Origin: Vicinamibacteria bacterium
GTDB lineage: Bacteria; Acidobacteriota; Vicinamibacteria; Vicinamibacterales; CAVVIG01
Assembly (NCBI GenBank): GCA_041485905.1
Contig: JBGPKK010000003.1
Coordinates: forward strand, 2,042-66,041
Direction of reading: 5' to 3'
Length of the DNA stretch: 64,000 nt
Shown: one piece after another, positions 9,704-16,851 of the stretch
Layout of the letters: the number at the start of each line of letters is the position of its first letter
Numbering within the stretch: the stretch's first letter is position 1
Made by a program: the position numbers and the translations under genes
Notes under the pieces: model-generated
Seen by the model: only the letters and a program-made list of their open reading frames with translations
What the model was told of the DNA's origin: nothing
Databases searched by the model: none

Positions 9704-10521
9704 CTCGCGCGTATCCTACACCCTGCTACACTCCCCGCCATGTCGAGCACCTCTCTCGTTCGATCGTCGGTTGCCGTCTTGAAGGTCCCGACGGCTACCT
9801 GCTCTTCAGCGACAACGCGGCGAACGTGATTTACAAGTGGGCGCGGAACCGTCCGCTCTCCGTCTTCCTGGAAAAGAGCGGTTATACGGGGACGGACACG
9901 TCGAACGTCGGCTCCCAGACGATCGCCGGCCGCGTGGCGATCCTGCTGATCGGATCGAACGGCCTCGCGCTGGACCCGCAGGGCCGGCTCGTGGTCACCG
10001 CCATGACCGACCGGACGGTCTACCGCCTGGAGAAAGACGGTACGCGCACGCTTCTGGCCGATCGCTACGACGGCAAACGCTTCAACGGACCCAACGACAT
10101 CGTCGTCAAGTCGAACGGCGCCTTTCCGAACGGCATCACGCTGTCGCCCGACGAAAAGTTTCTCTACGTGACGGCCGGGGGCCGGCGCACCATGCGGTAC
10201 GAGATTCAGCCGGACGACACCGTCGCCAACGGCCGGCTCTTCGTCGAACACGGCAGCGACGGGATGCGAGTCGATCGAAACGGGAACGTATACACGACCA
10301 GCGGCGGAACGCCCGGGGTCATTCAGATCACGTCGTCGGAGGGGACACCGCTTGGCAGGCTGCACCTTCCCCAGTTGAGCGGTGAACCCAGGCCGCGCGT
10401 CTGCGCCACGAACATGGCATTTGGCGACGCCGACAACCAGGGGCTGTACATCACGGCGTGCACGCATCTGTTCAAGATCAGGGTGAAGACTCCGGGAATC
10501 CGCCCCGGCCAGAAGGACTGA
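9652..10521 (+). CDS. SMP-30/gluconolactonase/LRE family protein, apparently degenerate (short N-terminus, internal gap)
   Basis: Family motifs LEGPDGYLLFSD, GSNGLALDPQGRLV, RFNGPNDIVVKSNGA, PNGITLSPDEKFLYV, DGMRVDRNGNVY, NMAFGDADNQGLYITA. Recognisable similarity begins only near 9763. No in-frame start lies downstream of the divergent gene start at 9703. The first ATG (9652) overlaps the opposite-strand gene. Confidence 0.55.
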   Translation: MSARGPPERREISAWQPPRAYPTPCYTPRHVEHLSRSIVGCRLEGPDGYLLFSDNAANVIYKWARNRPLSVFLEKSGYTGTDTSNVGSQTIAGRVAILLIGSNGLALDPQGRLVVTAMTDRTVYRLEKDGTRTLLADRYDGKRFNGPNDIVVKSNGAFPNGITLSPDEKFLYVTAGGRRTMRYEIQPDDTVANGRLFVEHGSDGMRVDRNGNVYTTSGGTPGVIQITSSEGTPLGRLHLPQLSGEPRPRVCATNMAFGDADNQGLYITACTHLFKIRVKTPGIRPGQKD

Positions 10522-10571
10522 CCCAGGTGAACCGAACCGCACCAGGGAGGACCAGCAAGGGTCGCGGGAGC

Positions 10572-11321
10572 ATGCATCATAATGACAGCGTGGGGAGAAT
10601 CCTCGCGCCGGGAGAAGTTCACGTGTGGTACCAAATGACGGGGACCTTGGGCCAGGCTGAGGTCGAGGCCACCGTCGCAGTCCTGTCGGCAGACGAGCGT
10701 GTGCGTCTCAACCGGTTCATGTTCGCGCGAGACCGCCGCGATTACGCCGCGGCACACGCTCTCCTCCGGCGGTCCCTTTCGCGCTACGCGGATGTCGCGC
10801 CGCACTCGTGGCAGTTCCGAAACGAACCCGGCGGCAAACCGTCCCTCGTCTCCGACGAAGGCGCGCCGCCACTCTCGTTCAACCTTTCGCATACGCACGG
10901 TCTCGTGGCCTGCGCGATCGCGGGCGGATCAGAGGTGGGGGTCGATGTGGAATCGGTCAACCCGGCTCTCGAGGACAGAGTCGCAAAGCGGTTCTTTTCC
11001 AAGAGCGAAAACGCCGAACTGCGGAGCCACGTGTCGCCACTTCGCAGGGCGAGGCGTTTCTGTGACCTGTGGGCGCTCAAGGAAGCGTACATTAAAGCGA
11101 TCGGCGAAGGGCTTTCACATCCCTTGGACACCATTGTGTTCGCCGTCGGAGAGGGTGGTTCGATCGTCTTTAGGCCGCCTGCCGATGTTGACGCCACGGC
11201 GTGGGCGTTCGCGCTGTTCGCCCCGACTGACCGACATCGTCTGGCCGTTGCGGCGCGCTGCGAACACGAAACGGTCCCATCAATCCACCTGATGACAGGC
11301 GATGGCATTCAGCAGCCGTGA
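10572..11321 (+). CDS. 4'-phosphopantetheinyl transferase (Sfp type)
   Basis: EVHVWY opening, FNLSHTHGLVACAI, VGVDVE and WALKEAYIKAIGEG motifs, matching the Sfp/EntD family pattern. Confidence 0.85.
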   Translation: MHHNDSVGRILAPGEVHVWYQMTGTLGQAEVEATVAVLSADERVRLNRFMFARDRRDYAAAHALLRRSLSRYADVAPHSWQFRNEPGGKPSLVSDEGAPPLSFNLSHTHGLVACAIAGGSEVGVDVESVNPALEDRVAKRFFSKSENAELRSHVSPLRRARRFCDLWALKEAYIKAIGEGLSHPLDTIVFAVGEGGSIVFRPPADVDATAWAFALFAPTDRHRLAVAARCEHETVPSIHLMTGDGIQQP

Positions 11322-11460
11322 ACGGGACGCCAGTTGATAAACTGGCATTGAGGCATGGTCCGTGCCCTGCAATCACCATGCAATGTCCATGGGCGCACGA
11401 AAACCGCGCTAAACTACCGTGTCGGGACGACCGGCAAATCCCTCCTCAAGGAACGCCAAT

Positions 11461-13095
11461 ATGCCTCCATTACGCCGAAAAAAAATCCTCCTCATCTATC
11501 CGAAGTTCCCGATGTCCTTCTGGAGCTTCGGCTTTATCCAGGACATCGGCGGTTTCAAGGCCATCATGCCGCCTCTCGGATTGGCCATCCTCGCCGCCCT
11601 CACACCATCGGAACTCGACGTCGAGATCGTCGACGAGAACGTCGAAGACATTGACTTCAGTGCGGACTGCGACCTGGTCGCGCTGTCCGCGATGGCGATC
11701 CAGGAGACGCGGCTGTTCGACATCGCCGATGCATTCAGGCGGCGCGGCACGCTTGTGTGCATGGGCGGCCCGATCTGCAACGTCTCGCCGGAGCGCTGCC
11801 GGTCGCACTGCGATGTCTTGTTCGAGGGCGAGGGCGAGTACACCTGGCCGCGGTTCCTGGCCGAGTGGCAAAACGACGCGCACCAGGATCACTACGTGCA
11901 AACAGACATGATCGACATGAGGGATAGTCCCCCGCCACGGATCGAGTTGCTGAAGGTGGACCGCTACCGCGTGGGATGCGTACAGACCACACGAGGCTGC
12001 CCGTTCACATGCGAGTTTTGCGACATCATCGTCACGTACGGCCGGAAGGTGCGGGCGAAGCCGGTCGAAGCCGTCGTGTTCGAACTGGCACAATGGGCCA
12101 GGCACGGTGTGGATTTCGTGACGGTGGCTGACGACAACCTGGTCGGCGATCGCGCGTATTGCCGGAAGATGCTGCGGGCGGTCGGCGACTGGAACCGGGC
12201 ACGCGCGGTGCCCCTCGCCCTCTACGCGGAGATGTCCGTCGATGCCGTGCGTGATCCGGAGTTGCTCGAGCTGTGCCGGCACGCGAACATTACCGAGATG
12301 TTCCTCGGCGTCGAAACGCCACGAAAAGCTGGCCTGCGGGAAACGCGAAAGATGCAGAACGTCGCGACCGATCTCGTGGCGGCCGTGAAGACGATTCAAA
12401 GCTACGGCATGGTCATCGTCGCCGGCATGATCGTCGGCTTCGACACCGACGACCTGCAGATCTTCGACGATCAGTACGCGTTCCTGCAGGAGGCGGGCAT
12501 CCCGATTGTCATGCTCGGTCTGCTCCAAGCGATTCCCCGCACGCCCCTCTATGAACGACTCGAAAAGGCCGGCCGCCTGCGTGCGCCTTTCGGCGGGAAC
12601 AACACGCTGTCCTTCACGAACATCGAGCCGATCTGCATGCGGTACGAGGATCTCGTCAACGGCTACCGCTCGCTCTTTACCCGGCTATACACGCTGCGGG
12701 CCCTCGGCGATCGCTGGCTCGCCAACGTTGAGCAGTGGCGGACCGTCCCGACTCGGCCGTGGATCCAGAAGCCGCTCGGCCGAGTCCGGCCGTTCATGAT
12801 CGTGCAGGTCCTCCTCATCCTCAGGTGGTATGTCGCCCGGCCGTCCCGGTTCGCCTTCTTCTGCCGGATGATCGCGGGAACGTTGGTGCGGCTGCCACGG
12901 GCTGTTTTCGAAACGTTCAATTACCTCGGGTACTTCATCCATCTCCTCGAGTACGCAGACAAAGTCGTGTCCAAGGAATGGACGTTCAGCTATTGTTTCG
13001 AGCACGTCGACACGTCCCGCAACCAGTTCGGCGAAGCAGCCGTGAACATGATCAAGAAGGAAGCCGACGGTCGCGAACCGGTCGCGGTCCGATGA
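11461..13095 (+). CDS. B12-binding domain radical SAM protein (class B, DUF4070-like C-terminus)
   Basis: N-terminal cobalamin-binding-like Rossmann segment (KILLIYPKF...PPLGLAILAA...DLVALSAM). Radical SAM cluster motif RGCPFTCEFCD (CxxxCxxC). About 545 aa. Confidence 0.88.
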   Translation: MPPLRRKKILLIYPKFPMSFWSFGFIQDIGGFKAIMPPLGLAILAALTPSELDVEIVDENVEDIDFSADCDLVALSAMAIQETRLFDIADAFRRRGTLVCMGGPICNVSPERCRSHCDVLFEGEGEYTWPRFLAEWQNDAHQDHYVQTDMIDMRDSPPPRIELLKVDRYRVGCVQTTRGCPFTCEFCDIIVTYGRKVRAKPVEAVVFELAQWARHGVDFVTVADDNLVGDRAYCRKMLRAVGDWNRARAVPLALYAEMSVDAVRDPELLELCRHANITEMFLGVETPRKAGLRETRKMQNVATDLVAAVKTIQSYGMVIVAGMIVGFDTDDLQIFDDQYAFLQEAGIPIVMLGLLQAIPRTPLYERLEKAGRLRAPFGGNNTLSFTNIEPICMRYEDLVNGYRSLFTRLYTLRALGDRWLANVEQWRTVPTRPWIQKPLGRVRPFMIVQVLLILRWYVARPSRFAFFCRMIAGTLVRLPRAVFETFNYLGYFIHLLEYADKVVSKEWTFSYCFEHVDTSRNQFGEAAVNMIKKEADGREPVAVR

Positions 13096-13156
13096 TGTCC
13101 GCTCCGGGCGGAAACGGCACCCCGCCGGCTTCAGTGCAGAGGATAGGGAGGCCATC

Positions 13157-14281
13157 ATGGAGAACCGCGTAGGAGCCATTCGTGGAACCGACAAGCTCGC
13201 GGCTTTCGACGAGCTCCTGGCAATCACCGGTTTCGACGAGGTACTCATTGCGGCACACGCAGCGTCGGGCCGCAGCCCGAGCGACTTCCGCGTCGTCATC
13301 AAAGCCAACATCATGGTCTACATTGGACCCGAGAGCGGCTACTGCCTGGTGACCGACCCGCTGCCGGTGGAGCGGCTCATCGATCACATACGCGCGCTGG
13401 GTTTCACCAACATCGCGGTCTGCGAATCACAGAACGATCTCGGGCGCATGCTCAAGAACCACAACGTGGCGTTCGTCAGCGAGCAGATCGGGTATCGCCC
13501 GGCGGGCCGCTACCAAATCGTGAACCTCACGTTGGAGCGGGTGCCGCACATTTATCCCTACCTCGACACACACGGCGTGCTGCGCGCCTGGGAAGACGTC
13601 GTGGGGCCCACCTGGAGGGACGCCGATTTCCGCGTGAGCTTCGCCAAGTGCAAGACCCACGACTACGATTGGATGACGCTCACGATCAAGAACACCTACG
13701 GCTGCCTGCCCGCGCCGAACAAGATGAGGCGCTATCACATCAAAGAGGAGGTGGATCAGGTGTGCAGCCGCGCGCTGCGCAGTTTCCCGGTACACTTCGC
13801 GTTCGTCGACGCGTGGTTCGCATCCGACGGATTCCAGGGCTACAAGCTGCCCCACCCGCGCGAGCTCAAGATGTACTTCGGCGGTCCCGATTTAATCGCC
13901 GTCGACATGGAGGGCTTCCGTCGGGCGGGGCTCGATCCGCTGCGCTCGCGCATGCTCAAACAGGCCGTCTATCAGTCCCGTGGCGGCGCGTTCCCCGACT
14001 ACACCGTCGCCGGCGACGCCACACGCTTCGACGAAATCGGTCCCTGGCAGAACGTCGACGATCGCGTGATCGAGGCACTCGACATGGCCGAAGAGGTCTA
14101 TCTCGCGTGGGGACTGATGAACGTGGAGATGGCCGACAACGCCGTGGATCTGCGAATGTTCCCGCCGCGCAACTGGTTCTTGCGCCTCCTGCAGCAGTTG
14201 GCCCATCAGTTCGCAAAAATCTACAAGTTGTCGAAAATCTACGACTGGCTCGCAGCCCACAATTCAAAGAAGCACGCCTGA
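13157..14281 (+). CDS. DUF362 domain-containing protein
   Basis: VVIKANIM..., SFAKCKTHDYDWMTLTIKNTYGCLP and FVDAWFASDG resemble the DUF362 pattern (V-IKPN, KTH, NxxG). 374 aa. Confidence 0.7.
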   Translation: MENRVGAIRGTDKLAAFDELLAITGFDEVLIAAHAASGRSPSDFRVVIKANIMVYIGPESGYCLVTDPLPVERLIDHIRALGFTNIAVCESQNDLGRMLKNHNVAFVSEQIGYRPAGRYQIVNLTLERVPHIYPYLDTHGVLRAWEDVVGPTWRDADFRVSFAKCKTHDYDWMTLTIKNTYGCLPAPNKMRRYHIKEEVDQVCSRALRSFPVHFAFVDAWFASDGFQGYKLPHPRELKMYFGGPDLIAVDMEGFRRAGLDPLRSRMLKQAVYQSRGGAFPDYTVAGDATRFDEIGPWQNVDDRVIEALDMAEEVYLAWGLMNVEMADNAVDLRMFPPRNWFLRLLQQLAHQFAKIYKLSKIYDWLAAHNSKKHA

Positions 14282-14339
14282 GAACCGGACGTGCGGCGCC
14301 CCGAACCGGGGGTGTCCACAGCACGACGACGCGAAACGA

Positions 14340-14355
14340 AGAGTGCGTTTCAAAA
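14340..14355. repeat. left terminal inverted repeat of the IS remnant
   Basis: AGAGTGCGTTTCAAAA; exact reverse complement of 14605-14620. Confidence 0.85.
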
Positions 14356-14604
14356 GTAACGAACGTGCCTCTTGTACTTCGCTCGGTAGATTGGTACGGT
14401 CGCGTGACCGAGGGCGAGGCGGTCACGCATGTCCCAACGTCTCATCGACGATGCGCGGTGGGGTCGGGTCGAGCCGCTCGTGTTGCGCGCCGGCCGGCGC
14501 TCATTCAAGGCGATCGCGGCTACGACTCCCAGTCGCATCGGGACGAGCTGCACCGACGCCGAATCAAGCTGGCCTGCTGGAACTTTCTCAAGCACATCGT
14601 GTAG

Positions 14605-14620
14605 TTTTGAAACGCACTCT
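14605..14620. repeat. right terminal inverted repeat of the IS remnant
   Basis: TTTTGAAACGCACTCT; exact reverse complement of 14340-14355. Confidence 0.85.
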
Positions 14621-14787
14621 AAGAACAAGCCTGGGATCCGTTCAGGTGGAGCGCGCCAGGAAAGATTAGCGTAGAGAAGCTAATCGCCTTCGACTCAACC
14701 AAGACTTCTATCAGACGTTGTTGGTGGAGCCACATGAGGTGTAACTGATCGGACATCGGTAATTACTTCAAAGGAAGAAGGCCTTCT

Positions 14788-15807
14788 ATGTTCCTCACTA
14801 TTCTTCTTGTTGTTCTGGCGGTTCTTTTCTTAATCCACCTTGCCTGGTACTTCCTCAGCTACGTAGCAAGGCATAAGCGTTTGCCTAACGAGACGGTGGT
14901 GTGGAATTTCCTGCAGCAAACCGTTCGAGATCTGAACATTCATGTCGATTTGAATCGTCTTGAGCAGAGCTGGATCGGTTCTTATGACAACACCCCGCTG
15001 CGCCTGGCGGTACTTCCCTACAAGGTTGGGGCGCCCACCTTTGTCTTCATCCCGGGCACAGCGGTCCACGTCGAAATTTACATCGAGTTTCTCTTTGCGC
15101 TTAACGATCGCGGTTTCAATGTGGTGTGCTATGATCCGCGCGGCCATGGGCGAAGCGGGGGGCCGCGCGGGGATTTCACATTTGAAGAACTCGTGAAGGA
15201 CGCTCTCGTTGTGGGTCAGTACGCCAGAGATCGATTCGGCGGAAAGGTTGCCGTCTCCGGCTCGAGCCAGGGAGGCATAACGGCCTTCTATGCGGTGGCT
15301 CAAAGCGACATCTTTGACGTCGCGGCCTGTAACAACATTGCCGACTTGACTGATCCGGAGAGTTTAATGCTCTCTAAATTCCATCCTCCCCGCTGGATGG
15401 TTCCCTTTCTCGTTCGCTTGTTCCTTGGCCCGTACAAGCATTATGTAATCCCGCTTTCGCTCTACCTCAACTTCAAGGCCCTGAAAGTAAAGACCGGGGA
15501 GGACGCTACCCACTTTGTTCGGCGAGATCCCCTGGGCGTCATTTTGTACACTCTTGGCGTGTTGGGCTCGCTGGGTAGCGCGCCTATGGCAAAACCTGTG
15601 GAAGAGATCACCGTTCCCATGCTGGTGTTTCAGGGGAGTAAGGACCTCGTTTTCCCCGTGAAATATACTGAACACATGTGCAGGCGTCTTACCTGCCCCA
15701 AGAAGTTGATTATTTTCGATGGCATGGAGCACCTGGTGCTGACAAACCGCGTGTCCGAAGTGATCGGCCCGATTTCTGACTGGCTGCACGAGAACATGGA
15801 CGCCTGA
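14788..15807 (+). CDS. alpha/beta hydrolase (lysophospholipase/monoacylglycerol-lipase-like), lower-GC gene
   Basis: N-terminal TM helix, oxyanion region FVFIPGTAVH, nucleophile elbow VSGSSQGG, C-terminal MEHLV. RBS AGGAAGAAGG. Codon usage is visibly more A/T-rich than the flanks. Confidence 0.8.
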   Translation: MFLTILLVVLAVLFLIHLAWYFLSYVARHKRLPNETVVWNFLQQTVRDLNIHVDLNRLEQSWIGSYDNTPLRLAVLPYKVGAPTFVFIPGTAVHVEIYIEFLFALNDRGFNVVCYDPRGHGRSGGPRGDFTFEELVKDALVVGQYARDRFGGKVAVSGSSQGGITAFYAVAQSDIFDVAACNNIADLTDPESLMLSKFHPPRWMVPFLVRLFLGPYKHYVIPLSLYLNFKALKVKTGEDATHFVRRDPLGVILYTLGVLGSLGSAPMAKPVEEITVPMLVFQGSKDLVFPVKYTEHMCRRLTCPKKLIIFDGMEHLVLTNRVSEVIGPISDWLHENMDA

Positions 15808-15832
15808 TCGAGGTATTGAGCGCTGATCTTGC

Positions 15833-16240
15833 CGGCCGGGTGTCGGTCGCAACCTGCAGGAGCATGTCGATGTCCCCGTCCTCACCACGAGCCACTTTCA
15901 CGGCGGCATCCAGCTCTCTTTGCGGGGCGTCTTGCAGATGGTCGGCGAAGGCATCGAATATTACGGCGCCCACCTGGGCAAGCTGCGCTCGTCGACCGTG
16001 GAAGTCGGCGGCTTCCTGAAGACAGACCCGTCGCTGGCCCTTCCGGACGTGCAGTTGCACTGTGCGCCCATGCTGCTCGACGATTCGGGTCGCGATCTGC
16101 GCCTGGCGACGCACGACGGCTATACGTGCCATGTCTGCGTGTTGCGGCCGAAGAGCTCGGGCACGATCACTCTAGCCAGTTCGAACCCGGCCCACGCGCC
16201 GATCATCGACGACATGGTTCGCGCCGGTCCAGGCGCCTGA
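15833..16240 (+). pseudogene. internal fragment of a GMC (choline-dehydrogenase-type) oxidoreductase
   Basis: Frame opens after TGA 15824-15826 with no start codon and reads RPGVGRNLQEHVDVPV...FLKTDPSLALPDVQLHCAPML...HGYTCHVCVLRPKSSGTITLASSNPAHAPIID, then stops. The N-terminal FAD-binding half and the C-terminal catalytic tail are missing. Confidence 0.7.
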
Positions 16241-16243
16241 GCC

Positions 16244-16798
16244 TCAAAATGCTACGGGGGTGCGCGGGAGCCGCTGGTCTTTCAGGTCACGCAATTCATG
16301 GCCTCGTCTGAGCAGATTTATCAGCACCAGAACGTGAGACACGAGCAGCAGAGGCACGTAGAACACGGCCACATACCAGGCCGCATGGAAATTATCCGCG
16401 AGGGCAGCACTCTCAAGGATCGCAACCCAGTCTGCAATGAAGTTGTAGACAAAACCTGTAACGGTAAAGACCCATAGGAAGAGAGGCGCACGCACGGAAC
16501 CGTTCCGGAGAGCGCCCATGCACAGCATCACAAGAGACAGCATGACGATTTCACCAACGGCGATGATCCAGGCCCAGTCCTGAGGGAAGCCAATTCCGAC
16601 AACCCCCGGAACGAGCACGGCAAGTCCCGCGTGATGGCAAATGTGCGGCGTCAATAGCAAGAGCATTATCTTGCGAACGGGCTGCGTGGCCAGATAGGGA
16701 GCGATAAACCAACGGACCAGCAGAACAAGCACGGCATACGACAAGCCGGACATGACCACGAACACGATCCTTGGATCGAGATGCACAAAGCCTCGCAT
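16244..16798 (-). CDS. hypothetical polytopic membrane protein, lower-GC gene
   Basis: 184 aa with about 5-6 hydrophobic helices. No family recognised. Composition resembles the 14788-15807 gene rather than the flanks. Confidence 0.55.
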   Translation of the reverse strand: MRGFVHLDPRIVFVVMSGLSYAVLVLLVRWFIAPYLATQPVRKIMLLLLTPHICHHAGLAVLVPGVVGIGFPQDWAWIIAVGEIVMLSLVMLCMGALRNGSVRAPLFLWVFTVTGFVYNFIADWVAILESAALADNFHAAWYVAVFYVPLLLVSHVLVLINLLRRGHELRDLKDQRLPRTPVAF

Positions 16799-16851
16799 TC
16801 ACAAAATTTCAAAAAGATATCGTCGTCAGGAAGAGTGTCCGGCGATCCAGC

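Larger units (their letters stand above)
14340..14620 (+). mobile_element. internally deleted IS5-family-like insertion sequence remnant (MITE-like, 281 bp)
   Basis: Bounded by perfect 16-bp terminal inverted repeats AGAGTGCGTTTCAAAA. Inside, frame 1 encodes MSQRLIDDARWGRVEPLV (IS5-type transposase N-terminus). A second frame encodes GDRGYDSQSHRDELHRRRIKLA.NFL (DDE-region and C-terminal fragments). It is far too short to encode a transposase. Confidence 0.7.

Noticed and set aside
11322-11460. Small RiPP-precursor-like ORF between the PPTase and the radical SAM gene
   Set aside because: The only ORFs starting here (for example MQCPWAHENRAK...) run on into the radical SAM gene in another frame. 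They have no RBS or leader/core-like features. Not supportable.
14429-14674. 81-aa ORF as a functional transposase
   Set aside because: Only the first ~18 residues resemble a transposase. The remaining similarity is in another frame, and the whole element is 281 bp. It was called an IS remnant instead.
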